A stretch of DNA of 64,000 nucleotides, taken from the NCBI GenBank assembly GCA_007695225.1, contig REED01000076.1:1309-65308 (forward strand), written 5' to 3'. Origin of the DNA: Gemmatimonadales bacterium. Its GTDB lineage: Bacteria; Gemmatimonadota; Gemmatimonadetes; Longimicrobiales; Gaopeijiaceae. Of this stretch, positions 18,097-28,476 are shown piece after piece (position 1 is the first letter of the stretch; each line of letters begins with the position of its first letter). The translations under genes were made by a program, and so were the position numbers. The notes beneath the pieces were generated by a model. That model worked only from the letters and a program-made list of their open reading frames with translations, searched no databases and had not been told where the DNA came from.

Positions 18097-19344
18097 TCAG
18101 CTGGGAGAGGAGAGGGGGGGGCCGGCGGGACCGACGGGCTCCAGGGGCTCTCTACCGCCGGCCGACTCGCCGCCGCCTCCCCGCCGGGAGGGCAGGCTCA
18201 GCCCCCAGAGAGCCGCAGCGAGCGCAACCAGTGCGCCGGTGAGGAAGGGTCCGGGCCCCCCGAAGAGGTCCCAGGCTGCTCCCCCCATTAGGGGTCCCCC
18301 AATCCTGGCCAGTGCGCTCACGCTCTGGCCGACGCCCAGGCTACCCCCCTGAAAGGCGGCGGAGGAGGACCGGGAAAGGAGGCTCACCAGGGAAGGAAGC
18401 GTTCCCCCGAAGCCCACGGAAAGCAGGAAGAGCGCCACGAGGAGCCAGGGGATGGAGGGCGCCAGCCCAACCCCCCCAAGCCCCAATACGAAGGGGATCG
18501 AGGCCAGACGGACCAGCCCTGCCTCCCCCACCCTGGGCACGAGAACGCGGACCACTCCCCCCTGCATGAGGGCGGAAACCGTCCCCATGAAGGCGAAGAG
18601 CCACCCCACCCCCCGCTCGTCCAGCCCGAACCGCTCGGCTGCGAAGAGGGGGAACACCGGGTGGATGGCGGAGAAGGCGGCGGTAAAGAGGAAGGAGACC
18701 CCGAGGATCTTGACGAACTCCGGGTTCTGGAAGATGGCCCGGGCCTCCTGGAATCTGGACGGTCGGTCCCGGAAGGAGATGGCCGGATCCACCCGCCCGG
18801 CTCGTTCCTCCGGGGAAAGGGACTCGGGAAGGAAGAAGAGGGCCAGGATCGCATTGGTGAAACAGAGCGCCGCAGCGGCCAGTCCGGGAGCCTCCGGGGC
18901 GATGGGCGCGAGGATGCCCCCGATGGCCGGACCGAAGATGAATCCCAGGCCGAAGGCGGCGCCGATGAGCCCCATTCCCCCGGCCCGCTTCTCTGGAGGC
19001 GTGATGTCGGCGATATACGCCTGTGCCACGGGAATGTTGGCCCCACCCACTCCTGCCATGATCCGGGAAAGGAGGAGAGCGGTGATGGAGCCGGCGTAGG
19101 CGAACACCAGGTACGAGACGGCTGATCCCAGGAGTCCCACGATGAGGATGGGGCGCCGCCCGAATCGATCGGAGAGCCGACCCCAGACCGGAGCCAGGAG
19201 GAACTGGGCGGCTGAGTAGGATAGGACCAGAACCCCGATCTGGGTTCCCGATGCCCCGAAGCGATCCGCGTAGAAGGGGAGGAGAGGGAGGATGATCCCA
19301 AACCCCACCAGGTCCACGAAGACGGTGAGGAAGAGGATCGACAA
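18097..19344 (-). CDS. MFS transporter (drug:H+ antiporter/TetA-like)
   Basis: About 12 TM helices. The MFS motif A-like sequence GRLSDRFGRRPIL follows TM2, and the N-terminus is MSILFLTVFVDLVGFGIILPLLPFY. Confidence 0.85.
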   Translation of the reverse strand: MSILFLTVFVDLVGFGIILPLLPFYADRFGASGTQIGVLVLSYSAAQFLLAPVWGRLSDRFGRRPILIVGLLGSAVSYLVFAYAGSITALLLSRIMAGVGGANIPVAQAYIADITPPEKRAGGMGLIGAAFGLGFIFGPAIGGILAPIAPEAPGLAAAALCFTNAILALFFLPESLSPEERAGRVDPAISFRDRPSRFQEARAIFQNPEFVKILGVSFLFTAAFSAIHPVFPLFAAERFGLDERGVGWLFAFMGTVSALMQGGVVRVLVPRVGEAGLVRLASIPFVLGLGGVGLAPSIPWLLVALFLLSVGFGGTLPSLVSLLSRSSSAAFQGGSLGVGQSVSALARIGGPLMGGAAWDLFGGPGPFLTGALVALAAALWGLSLPSRRGGGGESAGGREPLEPVGPAGPPLSSPS

Positions 19345-19390
19345 CCGGACCCAGGGTGCCCGCTCCGAGCCCGGGCCGGAGAGTGAGCCT

Positions 19391-19600
19391 TTAGCGCGGA
19401 TCGTCGTCCCTCTCCCTGGATTCCCCGTTCCCGTCTTCCAGCCGGTCCTTGGGGGGCGGGTCGCCCTCCTTCAGGCCACCCTTGAAGTTCCGGATCCCCT
19501 CGCCCATCCCCCGGGCGATCTCGGGAATTCGCTTGGCTCCAAAGAAGAGCACCACGATGGCGAGGATGACGACGATCTCACCGATACCCAGTCCCAACAT
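19391..19600 (-). CDS. tatA: twin-arginine translocase subunit TatA/E
   Basis: [40 protein letters not shown] is the canonical TatA TM plus amphipathic helix (FG hinge). The ATG at 19600 is preceded by GGAAGGA. Confidence 0.9.
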   Translation of the reverse strand: MLGLGIGEIVVILAIVVLFFGAKRIPEIARGMGEGIRNFKGGLKEGDPPPKDRLEDGNGESRERDDDPR

Positions 19601-19618
19601 TGGCTTCAATCCTTCCAA

Positions 19619-19836
19619 GTGTGTGGGAGGGAGACGGGGCGCGGCCGGGGGCCGCGCCCGGTTACGGCCCCCCCGCCCCCAAAAGAGTAATCCCTAGAGG
19701 GGTGTTGTATAAGAAAAACGCCCCACCGTGTGTGGGTGGGAGACGGGGCGCGGCGGGGGGCCGCGCCCGTTTCCGTCCCCCCCGACCGCATCAGAGTAAG
19801 CCCTAGAAGGCTGTTGAAGAAGTACAGGGCGCCACC
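19619..19836. repeat. two head-to-tail 109-bp repeat units, each with a GC-rich perfect hairpin
   Basis: Unit 1 is 19619-19727 and unit 2 is 19728-19836; both start GTGTGTGGG(A/T)GGGAGACGGGGCGCGGC. Hairpins are GGGCGCGGCC-ggg-GGCCGCGCCC at 19637-19659 and a 9-bp version at 19746-19768. A degenerate continuation runs to about 19920. The repeat lies between the acyl-CoA dehydrogenase stop and the tatA start. Confidence 0.85.
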
Positions 19837-19920
19837 GTTGGGAGCACCGGACCCCCGCTGGGGAGGTGGGCCAACGAGCGGGGTGGGCCCCTGCCGCCTC
19901 CTGCGGGGTCCCGACATGCG

Positions 19921-21090
19921 TCACCGGAGGAGGAGCTTCGCGATGGTCTGGAGCTGCATGTTCGTAGTGCCCTCGTAGATCGTGCCGATCTTGGCGTCCC
20001 GGTAGAGCTTCTCAACCGGATACTCCCGGGTGAAGCCATAGCCGCCGAAGAGGTCGATGGCCATGGAGGCCACCCGCTGGGCGATCTGGGAGGAAAAGAG
20101 CTTGGCCTGGGCTGCCTGGGCGAGAAAGTCCTCCCCGGCATCCTTGAGGCGCGCTGCGTTGTAGACCAGCAGGCGGGCCGCCTCGATCTGGGTGGCCATC
20201 TCTGCGATCTGGAACTGGACGCCCTGGAAGTCCCCGATGGGCCGGCCGAACTGCTCCCGCTCCTTCACGTACTTGATGGAGTGGTCCAGGGCACCCTGGG
20301 CCAGCCCCACCATCTGGGCGCCAATACCAATCCGCCCCTCGTTCAGGGTCTCGATGGCGATCTTGTAGCCCTTCCCCACCTCACCCATGACCGCGGAGCC
20401 GGGGATGCGGCAGTTCTCGAAGAGGATCTCGGTGGTGGAGGAGGCTCGGATCCCCAGCTTGTCCTCCTTCTTCCCCACGGAGAACCCCGGCGTGTCCTTC
20501 GGTACCAGGAAGGCGGTGATGCCCCGGTAGCCGGCGTCGGGGTCCACCGTGGCGAAGACCAGGAAGAGCCCGGCCTCGTTCCCGTTGGTGATCCAGAGCT
20601 TGTGCCCATTCAGGATGTAGTCGTCGCCGTCCTTTTCCGCCCGGCAGGCCAGGGCGAAGGCATCCGATCCCGAACCCGCCTCGGAAAGGGCATACGCACC
20701 CACCGTGTCGGAGGCCAGCTTCGGGAACCACTGGGCCTTCTGCTCATCGTTGGCCCACCGGAGGAGGGCATTGATGACCAGGGTGTTCTGGACATCCACC
20801 AGGACGCCTACCGCCGGATCCACGCGGGACAACTCCTCCACCACCAGGACGGAGGTGAAAAAGCTACTGTCCGCGCCCCCAAACTGGTCGGGAACCTCGA
20901 TCCCCATGAGCCCCAACTCGAAGAGCTGTCCGATGAGGTCCGGGTCCATCTGCTGAGCCTCGTCCATGGCGGAGACCCTGGGGGCCACCTCGGCCAGGGC
21001 GAAATCCCGAACCGCCTCCTGGAACATCCGCTCCTCTTCGGTCAGGGAGGTGAGGGCTGGGCGGGTGCCATCCGCTAGGGTCGTGGACAT
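19921..21090 (-). CDS. acyl-CoA dehydrogenase
   Basis: ACAD pattern throughout (TEEERMFQEAVRDFA..., LSEAGSGSDAF, WITNG, C-terminal IYEGTTNMQLQTIAK). Start chosen at ATG 21090 (MSTTLADG), preceded by GAGAGAGG; the ORF is open to 21291. Confidence 0.9.
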   Translation of the reverse strand: MSTTLADGTRPALTSLTEEERMFQEAVRDFALAEVAPRVSAMDEAQQMDPDLIGQLFELGLMGIEVPDQFGGADSSFFTSVLVVEELSRVDPAVGVLVDVQNTLVINALLRWANDEQKAQWFPKLASDTVGAYALSEAGSGSDAFALACRAEKDGDDYILNGHKLWITNGNEAGLFLVFATVDPDAGYRGITAFLVPKDTPGFSVGKKEDKLGIRASSTTEILFENCRIPGSAVMGEVGKGYKIAIETLNEGRIGIGAQMVGLAQGALDHSIKYVKEREQFGRPIGDFQGVQFQIAEMATQIEAARLLVYNAARLKDAGEDFLAQAAQAKLFSSQIAQRVASMAIDLFGGYGFTREYPVEKLYRDAKIGTIYEGTTNMQLQTIAKLLLR

Positions 21091-21238
21091 GGAAGCCTCT
21101 CTCAGGTTCTGTGAAAGCCAGCGCGTGGGGGCGTATGATGCCCCTTCACCGCGCATGGGGTCTGGGATCCGAAAGGGGAAATCTCTTGAAGTCGGGCCGA
21201 GAAATCCACCCGTCCCCAAAGGCGAGCTTCCCGGCCCG

Positions 21239-21267
21239 TTGACGCTTCTCCCTTCCAGGCGTCTATT
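21239..21267 (+). promoter_or_regulatory. candidate promoter upstream of gcvH
   Basis: TTGACG (21239-21244), a 17-nt spacer, then TCTATT (21262-21267), 35 nt upstream of the gcvH ATG. That ATG has a GGAGG RBS. Pattern match only. Confidence 0.25.
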
Positions 21268-21302
21268 CCCGTCAGGAAAATCCCCCCTCACCTGGAGGTC
21301 GC

Positions 21303-21695
21303 ATGTCGCAAATCCCTGATGATCTGCTCTACACCGAGGAGCACGAATACCTGAAACCCACCGACGAAGAGGCCGTCTACCTGGTGGGGGTGACCGACTA
21401 CGCCCAGGGTGAGTTGGGCGATGTCGTCTTCCTGGAGCTTCCCGCTGCCGGCGACACCTTCACCCGAATGGATGTCTTCGGCACCATCGAGGCGGTGAAG
21501 GCGGTGAGCGATCTCTACGCCCCTGTCACCGGCGAGGTACTGGAGGTGAACCCCGCCCTGGACGATGATCCCGCGCTAGTCAATGCGGATCCCTACGGGG
21601 AGGGGTGGATGCTCCGAGTGAGGATGGACGATACGGCAGAGCTGGATCGACTCCTGAGCGCCGCCGCGTACCGGGAGCTGGTCGGGGAAGGCTGA
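21303..21695 (+). CDS. gcvH: glycine cleavage system H protein
   Basis: 130 aa with the lipoyl-lysine motif [14 protein letters not shown] and an N-terminus YTEEHEYL. Confidence 0.93.
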   Translation: MSQIPDDLLYTEEHEYLKPTDEEAVYLVGVTDYAQGELGDVVFLELPAAGDTFTRMDVFGTIEAVKAVSDLYAPVTGEVLEVNPALDDDPALVNADPYGEGWMLRVRMDDTAELDRLLSAAAYRELVGEG

Positions 21696-21819
21696 CAGGT
21701 CTCCACCGAGGAACGGTGGGAGGTGCGCGGGGTTTCAGGGGCGCTGCAAGCCCGGGGCGCTTCAATCCCGGAAAATCGCCAACCCTTCTCCTTGTCACCC
21801 AGAACCCCTTGGGATACCC

Positions 21820-24741
21820 ATGGCCGAGGCAAGAAGCCTTCAACGGACCGACCGTTTCGTTTCCCGTCACCTGGGTCCCCGGGAGGGGGATATCCGGGGA
21901 ATGCTGGACTTCCTTGGGTACGATGCCATGGATGAACTCATGGCGGATGCGGTTCCACCTTCCATCCGGATGGAGGGGCCCCTCCACCTGGAAGATGGGC
22001 TGGAGGAGGGGCTCTCCGAAGTCCGCCTCCTGGCCCGGCTGCGGGAGCTGGCGGCGGAGAACCGACCCTTCCGGTCCTTCCTCGGCATGGGATACCACGA
22101 CACCGTCACCCCTCCGGTGATTCTCCGGAACATCCTTGAGAACCCGGGCTGGTACACCCAGTATACGCCCTACCAGGCCGAGATCTCCCAGGGGCGCCTG
22201 GAGGCCCTCCTGAACTTCCAGACCACCGTCATCGATCTGACGGGGCTGGACATCGCCAACGCCTCCCTCCTGGACGAAGGGACCGCCGCCGCCGAGGCCA
22301 TGGGGCTCTTCCTCGATGGGGCCGGCGGGGACCGGAACACCTTCCTTGTGGATTCCCGCTGCCACCCCCAGACGCTGGCGGTGGTGGGGACCCGGGCCGA
22401 AGCACTGGGCGTGGAGGTGGTGGAGGTGGATGCGTCGGACGGTGCCTCCGGCGGGGATTTCCCCTGGGACGGCGCGTTCGGCCTCCTCCTGGCCTATCCC
22501 GACACCGAGGGGGAGATCCGGGACATATCTCCGTTGATCGCCCGTGCCCGAGAGGGAGGGGTCCGGGTGGCGGTGGTGGCGGACCTCCTCGCCCTGACCC
22601 TCCTCATCCCTCCGGGAGAGATGGGGGCGGATGTGGCGGTGGGGAACACACAGCGCTTCGGGGTGCCCCTTGGATACGGCGGACCCCACGCCGCCTACAT
22701 GGCCGCCCGGGAAGAGTTCAAGCGCCGCATGCCTGGACGCATCATCGGCGTCTCCGTGGACGCGGACGGGAACCCGGCCCTTCGCATGGCCCTCCAGACC
22801 CGGGAGCAGCACATCCGCCGGGAGCGCGCCACCTCCAATATCTGCACCGCCCAGGTGCTCCTGGCGGTGATGGCGTCCATGTACGCCGTCTACCACGGGC
22901 CAGAAGGTCTCCGGCGGATCGCTCTCCGGGTCCACGATCTGACCCGGACGCTGGTCGCGGGGCTGGAGAGGATGGGGCACACCGTGGTCACCCGGCACTA
23001 CTTCGACACCATCCGGGTCCGGCCCCTGGAGCCCGACGCCGGGACGGTACTCCGCCGGGCCGAGGAAGCGAGCGTCAATCTCCGGGACTTCGGGGACGGT
23101 ACCCTGGGGATCGCCCTGGACGAGGCGGTGGAGGTCGAGGAACTCGATGGGCTCCTGGCCCTCTTCGCTCCCGTCGGGACCGAGCCGCCCCGATCTGCAG
23201 TGCTCTTCCGGGAACTGGGGGAAGGGTTCGCCTTCCCCACGGAGTGGGCCCGGACCTCGCCGTACCTGGAGCACCCCGTCTTCCACCGGCACCACTCGGA
23301 GACAGAGATGCTCCGCTACATGCGGCGCCTGGAAGGACGGGACCTTTCCCTCAACACCAGCATGATCCCCCTGGGGTCGTGCACCATGAAGCTCAACGCC
23401 ACCACCGAGATGATGGCGGTGAGCTGGCCCGAGTTTGGCCGGGTCCATCCCTTCGCTCCGATGGAGCAGGTCCGGGGATACCAGCGGGTGGTGGCGGATC
23501 TGGAGCGTTGGCTGGCAGAGATCACCGCCCTCCCCGCCGTCTCCCTCCAGCCCAACTCCGGCGCCCAGGGGGAGTACGCCGGACTCCTGGTCATCCGGGC
23601 CTTCCATCGGGACCGGGGGGAGGGGCACCGAGACGTCTGCCTCATCCCTTCGTCGGCCCACGGGACCAATCCCGCCTCCGCCGTGATGGCAGGAATGCAG
23701 GTCCAGGTAGTGAAGTGCGACCAGGACGGAAACATCGACCTGGCCGATCTCAGGTCAAAGGCCGAGGCCCATTCCAGTCGGCTGGCGGCGTTGATGGTCA
23801 CCTACCCCTCCACCCACGGGGTCTTCGAGGAGCACATCCGGGAGGTCTGCCAGGTCATCCACGAGCATGGCGGACAGGTCTACCTGGACGGGGCAAACCT
23901 GAACGCCCAGGTGGGACTCTGCCGCCCCGGTGACTACGGGGCCGACGTGATCCACATCAACCTCCACAAGACCTTCGCCATTCCCCATGGGGGCGGGGGG
24001 CCCGGCATGGGGCCCATCTGCGCGGCGGAGCACCTGGCGCCCTTCCTCCCAGGACATCCGGTGGTCCCCACCGGAGGAGAGCGGGCCATCGGTCCCGTAT
24101 CCGCCGCTCCCTGGGGGAGCGCCTCCATCCTCCTCATCTCCTGGGCCTACATCGCCCTCCTGGGGTCCCGGGGGGTCACCCGGGCCACCGAGGTGGCCAT
24201 CCTGAACGCCAACTACATGGCGAAACGGTTGGAAGGTCACTTCGACGTACTCTTCCGGGGCCGGAACGGCCGGGTAGCCCATGAGTTCATCCTGGACCTG
24301 AGGCCCTTCCGGAAGGGGAGTGGGATCACCGAGGAGGACGTGGCCAAGCGCCTCATGGACTATGGGTTCCACGCTCCCACCATGTCCTGGCCCGTCCCGG
24401 GGACCATCATGGTGGAACCCACCGAGTCGGAGGCCCTCCAGGAGTTGGATCGCTTCTGTGAGGCCCTGATCTCCATCCGGGAGGAGATCCGGCAGGTGGA
24501 GCTGGGGATCCTGGACCGGGAGGACAATCCCCTCCGGAACGCGCCCCACACAGCCCAGTCGGTCCTCAGGGAGGAATGGGATCATCCCTACAGCCGGGAA
24601 CAGGCGGCCTTCCCCGCCACGTGGAGCCGGGAGCAGAAGTTCTGGCCCGGGGTCCGGCGGGTGGACAACGCCTATGGGGACCGGAACCTGGTCTGTGCCT
24701 GTCCCCCCGTGGAGAGCTACGCCGGCGCTTCGGTGGAGTGA
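21820..24741 (+). CDS. gcvP: glycine dehydrogenase (decarboxylating), single-chain P protein
   Basis: 973 aa. N-terminus FVSRHLGP, the motif [20 protein letters not shown], and the PLP-lysine region [17 protein letters not shown]. Confidence 0.95.
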   Translation: MAEARSLQRTDRFVSRHLGPREGDIRGMLDFLGYDAMDELMADAVPPSIRMEGPLHLEDGLEEGLSEVRLLARLRELAAENRPFRSFLGMGYHDTVTPPVILRNILENPGWYTQYTPYQAEISQGRLEALLNFQTTVIDLTGLDIANASLLDEGTAAAEAMGLFLDGAGGDRNTFLVDSRCHPQTLAVVGTRAEALGVEVVEVDASDGASGGDFPWDGAFGLLLAYPDTEGEIRDISPLIARAREGGVRVAVVADLLALTLLIPPGEMGADVAVGNTQRFGVPLGYGGPHAAYMAAREEFKRRMPGRIIGVSVDADGNPALRMALQTREQHIRRERATSNICTAQVLLAVMASMYAVYHGPEGLRRIALRVHDLTRTLVAGLERMGHTVVTRHYFDTIRVRPLEPDAGTVLRRAEEASVNLRDFGDGTLGIALDEAVEVEELDGLLALFAPVGTEPPRSAVLFRELGEGFAFPTEWARTSPYLEHPVFHRHHSETEMLRYMRRLEGRDLSLNTSMIPLGSCTMKLNATTEMMAVSWPEFGRVHPFAPMEQVRGYQRVVADLERWLAEITALPAVSLQPNSGAQGEYAGLLVIRAFHRDRGEGHRDVCLIPSSAHGTNPASAVMAGMQVQVVKCDQDGNIDLADLRSKAEAHSSRLAALMVTYPSTHGVFEEHIREVCQVIHEHGGQVYLDGANLNAQVGLCRPGDYGADVIHINLHKTFAIPHGGGGPGMGPICAAEHLAPFLPGHPVVPTGGERAIGPVSAAPWGSASILLISWAYIALLGSRGVTRATEVAILNANYMAKRLEGHFDVLFRGRNGRVAHEFILDLRPFRKGSGITEEDVAKRLMDYGFHAPTMSWPVPGTIMVEPTESEALQELDRFCEALISIREEIRQVELGILDREDNPLRNAPHTAQSVLREEWDHPYSREQAAFPATWSREQKFWPGVRRVDNAYGDRNLVCACPPVESYAGASVE

Positions 24742-24799
24742 ACTGAACAGCTCCACAGGCGGACCCGGCCATCCCCTGCAAGACCCCGGAAGGGAGGGT

Positions 24800-25699
24800 A
24801 TGGCCCGGAGGGAGGGGCCACAGGGGGGCGCTCCCCTCCGGTGGCGAATCCTACGGGAGCCCCCGGCCGGTGGCGCATGGAACATGGCCGTAGACGAGGC
24901 ACTGGCCCGTTGCCGGGCGCCTGGGGAGGCCACGCTTCGGATCTATCGCTGGGCCCGTCCCACACTCTCCTTCGGCCGGAACCAGCCGGCTCGGGGGCGC
25001 TACGATGAGACGGTGGCCCCCCTCATTGGTGCCGAGGTGGTGAGACGCCCCACCGGTGGAAGGGAGGTTCTCCACGACCGGGAACTCACCTACTCCATCA
25101 TCCTTCCCCTTCGGCGCCTGGGGGGTCTGCGGGAGGCCTATGCCGAGGTGAATGCCGGCCTGGTCGACGCCCTTCGTTCCCTGGGCATAGCTGCGGAGGC
25201 CGCTCCCCGCCTGGGCCGATCCCCCGGACCGGAAGCAGGTGCCTGTTTCGCTGTGGCGGCTCCCGGCGAGGTTACGGTCGCAGGGCGCAAGCTGGTGGGG
25301 AGTGCCCAGGCCCGGGTCGAGGGGAGCCTATTGCAGCACGGCTCGCTCCTGCTGGCCCTCCCTTCCCTCTCCCTGGAGGCCTTTCGGGCCCCTCCCACCT
25401 CCGACGCAGGTGGACCGGTGAGTAGCGGGGTGCAGCCACAGAGGCATGGGTTGGAGGGCGCCGTAACGCTACAGGAAATCCTCGAAGGTGAAAGAAGGGA
25501 GGGGGTGAGTTCGGGAAATGTGGATGGGGCCGCTGCTGGCGTGGTTTCCTTTCCGGCGGTGGCCGGGGCCGTGGAGAGCGCCCTGGCCGGTCGATTCGGA
25601 GGGGAGTGGAGGCGAGACGATCTTCGCGACGAGGAGCATGCGGTGGCGAGGTCGCTGCTCCCCCACTATCAATCCACGTCATGGACATGGCGACGATGA
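24800..25699 (+). CDS. lipoate-protein ligase / BPL-LPL catalytic domain protein
   Basis: LplA/LipB-type patterns are RIYRWARPTLSFGRNQ, RRPTGGREVLHD and the catalytic-lysine region GRKLVGSAQ. The ATG at 24800 is preceded by GGAAGGGAGGG. It lies directly downstream of gcvP. Confidence 0.75.
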   Translation: MARREGPQGGAPLRWRILREPPAGGAWNMAVDEALARCRAPGEATLRIYRWARPTLSFGRNQPARGRYDETVAPLIGAEVVRRPTGGREVLHDRELTYSIILPLRRLGGLREAYAEVNAGLVDALRSLGIAAEAAPRLGRSPGPEAGACFAVAAPGEVTVAGRKLVGSAQARVEGSLLQHGSLLLALPSLSLEAFRAPPTSDAGGPVSSGVQPQRHGLEGAVTLQEILEGERREGVSSGNVDGAAAGVVSFPAVAGAVESALAGRFGGEWRRDDLRDEEHAVARSLLPHYQSTSWTWRR

Positions 25700-27465
25700 C
25701 TGATGAAGGAAACTTCCCTCCCCGGCTCTTCCAGGGAGTTCTCCCCGCGCCTCTCTGGGCGGGCGTCCTGGCACTCTTGACCGGGACCTTGTTGACCGGA
25801 TGCGCCGGCGATCCCGGGGAGCGGGCGCTTCGGGGGATGCCCGAGTTCTGTCAGGAGGCCCTTCCCCGGGTGGCGAGCCATCTTTCGCAGTTCCCGGAGC
25901 CCACCGGAGAGCGGTTCGGTGGCACCGCAGTGGCCGCAGGCTCTGGAGCCCTGGCGGGAGGAATGAACGCCCTGGTTTCCACCGACTATGCGGGGAACCA
26001 GCACCAGACCTTCGCACACCTGATGACGCTGGTGCGTCTGGACGAGGAGTTGGAGTGGGCCCCCTACCTGGCCCGGAGCTGGTCCCTGGGCGGGGATGGC
26101 ACCGAGATGGTGTTCCACCTCCGGGACGACGTCTTCTGGCATGACGGCACCCCCACCACAGCCCATGACGTGGCGTTCACCTTCCTGCGGGCCACGGACC
26201 CGGAGACGGGGTTCCCCAACGCAGCCTTCTGGGCCCATTACATCCCCGGTCCCGAGGGGGTCGAGGTGGTGGATGACCACACGATCCGTCTCCGACTTCG
26301 TCCCCATGCAGACGCCATGGACCCGTGGCGATCCACCTCCATCCTTCCTCGTCATCTCCTGGAGGGCGTGCCCCCCGGGGAACTGCGGGAGCACCCCTTC
26401 GGCACCCGGTGCCCGGTTGGGAACGGGCCCTTCGTCTTCGTGGATCACGCAGCCGACGGCTCCTGGACCTTCCGACGGAACCCTGCCTTCCCCGAGGCGC
26501 TGGGGGGACCGCCCTACCTGGACCGGTACGTGTACCGCCCCATCCCGGAGCAGACCACCCTGCTGGCAGAGCTCCTTACCGGGGGTGTGGATGTGTACGT
26601 GTCCCCTCCGCCGGACCAGGCCTCACGGATCCTGGAGACCGAGGGGATCCACCTCAGGGACTACCCCTTCCGGGGGTACGTCTTCGTGGGGTGGAACACC
26701 CGACGGCCCCAACTCGCCGATGCCCGTGTCCGGAGGGCCCTCACCCTTGGGACCAATCGCGAAGAGGTGGTGCAGGCGGTCCTCCAGGGGTACGGTGAGG
26801 TGGCCAACTCCGGCGTTCCCCCCTTCCATTGGGCCTTCCACGAGGGGCTTCGGGGCGCCATCTCCCACGACCCGGCCCAGGCCCGGGATCTCCTGGAGGA
26901 GGCGGGGTGGGTGGATCGTGACGGGGACGGGGTTCGGGAGAACGAGTCGGGGGAGCGCCTGGAACTCACCATCGCCTATCACCCCGGAAGCCTTCAGCGG
27001 GAAGGGATCGCCCAGATCATGCAGTCGCAGCTCCGGGAGATCGGGGTGGAGATTCGCCAGGAGGTCCTGGAGTGGGGAACCCTCATCTCCCGGATCACCG
27101 ACCCTGGGAGCCGCAACTTCGACGGCGTGGTCATGGCCTGGGCCACTGAATTCCGGGTGGACGATTCGGATCTCTTCCACTCCCGAGGCGCCGACGGGCC
27201 CTTCGGCTGGGCGGGAATCCGGAACGATCGCCTGGACCAGCTCCTGGACACCCTTCCCCTCATGACCGACCGGGAGGAAGCCCTTCCCCTCTGGCATGAG
27301 TACCAGGAGCTCCTGGTGGAGCTGCAGCCCTTCACCTACTTCTACTACCCCCGGCGGTTGGCCGGGGTGAGCGACCGGATCCAGGGGATGGTCAACGACG
27401 TACGGGGAGACTGGGTGAACCTGCCGGAGTGGTGGATCCCCGTCGACCTCCGCGGACGTCGTTAG
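25681..27465 (+). CDS. ABC transporter substrate-binding lipoprotein, family 5 (peptide/nickel, OppA/DppA-like)
   Basis: Lipobox LLTGTLLTGCAG. SBP_bac_5-like sequence is present (FHLRDDVFWHDGTPTTAHDVAFTF; PYLDRYVYRPIPEQTT). An alternative start at ATG 25696 overlaps the upstream stop (ATGA). Confidence 0.85.
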   Translation: MDMATMTDEGNFPPRLFQGVLPAPLWAGVLALLTGTLLTGCAGDPGERALRGMPEFCQEALPRVASHLSQFPEPTGERFGGTAVAAGSGALAGGMNALVSTDYAGNQHQTFAHLMTLVRLDEELEWAPYLARSWSLGGDGTEMVFHLRDDVFWHDGTPTTAHDVAFTFLRATDPETGFPNAAFWAHYIPGPEGVEVVDDHTIRLRLRPHADAMDPWRSTSILPRHLLEGVPPGELREHPFGTRCPVGNGPFVFVDHAADGSWTFRRNPAFPEALGGPPYLDRYVYRPIPEQTTLLAELLTGGVDVYVSPPPDQASRILETEGIHLRDYPFRGYVFVGWNTRRPQLADARVRRALTLGTNREEVVQAVLQGYGEVANSGVPPFHWAFHEGLRGAISHDPAQARDLLEEAGWVDRDGDGVRENESGERLELTIAYHPGSLQREGIAQIMQSQLREIGVEIRQEVLEWGTLISRITDPGSRNFDGVVMAWATEFRVDDSDLFHSRGADGPFGWAGIRNDRLDQLLDTLPLMTDREEALPLWHEYQELLVELQPFTYFYYPRRLAGVSDRIQGMVNDVRGDWVNLPEWWIPVDLRGRR

Positions 27466-27489
27466 ATGGCGGACTGACCGGCGGCCACC

Positions 27490-28476
27490 GTGGGCGCCTA
27501 CCTGGTTCGACGGTTGGCGTGGTCGATCCCCCTGGTCCTGGGGGTGGCCACCGGGGTGTTCTTCCTCCTCCATCTGGCCCCGGGAGATCCGGCGGCCTAC
27601 TACACCGGCCCGGGGGTCTCCGCCTCGGCCATGGAGCAGGTGCGCCGGAACATGGGGCTGGATCAGCCCCTCCCGGTGCAGTACGTGCGCTGGATGGGGT
27701 CCATGGCCCGGGGGGACTTCGGCGTTTCCCTGGCGCGGAATCAACCGGTCCGGGACTTGGTGCTCCAGGCCCTTCCCAACACCCTGATCCTCACCCTGAC
27801 CGCCTTTGCCCTGGCGTTTCTCGGGGGGATGCTGGTGGGGGTGGTGCAGGCGGTGCGGCACAACACCCTCACTGACCGGCTGCTGAGCCTCGGTTCCCTC
27901 TTCTTCTACTCCATGCCCTCCTTCTGGCTGGCGTTGATGCTGATCCTCCTCTTCAGCCTCTACGCCCGGAACGTCTGGGGATGGGCGCTCTGGTTTCCGG
28001 CGTCGGGGATGGTCTCGGTGGATCACGCCTTCCTGTCCCCCTGGGGACAGCTTCAGGATCGGGTCCGCCACCTCGTTCTCCCGGCGCTTTCCCTGGCCCT
28101 GGTGTTGGCGGCGGGCATCGCCCGCTACACCCGGGGGAGCATGCTGGAGGTGATCCGGCAGGACTTCATACGGACCGCCCGGGCGAAGGGGCTCCGCAGG
28201 AGCCGGGTGATCTTCCACCACGCGCTCCGGAATGCCCTCCTTCCGGTGATCACCCTCTTCGGGCTCTACCTTCCCTTCCTCTTCAGCGGCGCCGTGGTCA
28301 TCGAGACCGTCTTCGCCTGGCCGGGAATGGGAAAGCTCATGGTGGACGCCATCTTCCAGCGGGACTACCCGGTGGTGCTGGCCGGCACCCTCCTCTTCAC
28401 CCTCACGGTGGTGGTGGGAAATCTCCTTGCGGATCTCCTCTACGCCGTGGCCGATCCACGGATCCGTCATGGGTGA
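27490..28476 (+). CDS. ABC transporter permease (DppB/OppB-like)
   Basis: N-terminus YLVRRLAWSIPLVLGV, the conserved loop FIRTARAKGL, and 6 TM helices. Confidence 0.9.
   Translation: MGAYLVRRLAWSIPLVLGVATGVFFLLHLAPGDPAAYYTGPGVSASAMEQVRRNMGLDQPLPVQYVRWMGSMARGDFGVSLARNQPVRDLVLQALPNTLILTLTAFALAFLGGMLVGVVQAVRHNTLTDRLLSLGSLFFYSMPSFWLALMLILLFSLYARNVWGWALWFPASGMVSVDHAFLSPWGQLQDRVRHLVLPALSLALVLAAGIARYTRGSMLEVIRQDFIRTARAKGLRRSRVIFHHALRNALLPVITLFGLYLPFLFSGAVVIETVFAWPGMGKLMVDAIFQRDYPVVLAGTLLFTLTVVVGNLLADLLYAVADPRIRHG

Noticed and set aside
19619-19836. The 109-bp and 14-bp repeats as CRISPR arrays.
   Set aside because: There are no unique spacers between repeats (the units are directly adjacent), the unit sizes are atypical, and no cas genes are in the window.
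19606-19917. A 103-aa ORF on the minus strand spanning the whole acd-tatA spacer. It starts 4 nt after the acd stop and ends at the tatA RBS.
   Set aside because: It runs through the tandem repeat with a frame change between units (109 is not a multiple of 3). It is Gly/Pro/Arg-rich and has no RBS. An open frame is more likely a by-product of high GC. Only the short GALYFFN-encoding segment is kept as an open question in the findings.
21091-21302. Possible glycine riboswitch upstream of gcvH.
   Set aside because: Only fragments resembling the conserved cores (CCGAAAGGGGAAA, CTCTCAGG) are present. They are in the wrong order and lack the GGAGAG / CAAAAGGAC partners. A covariance-model scan would be decisive.
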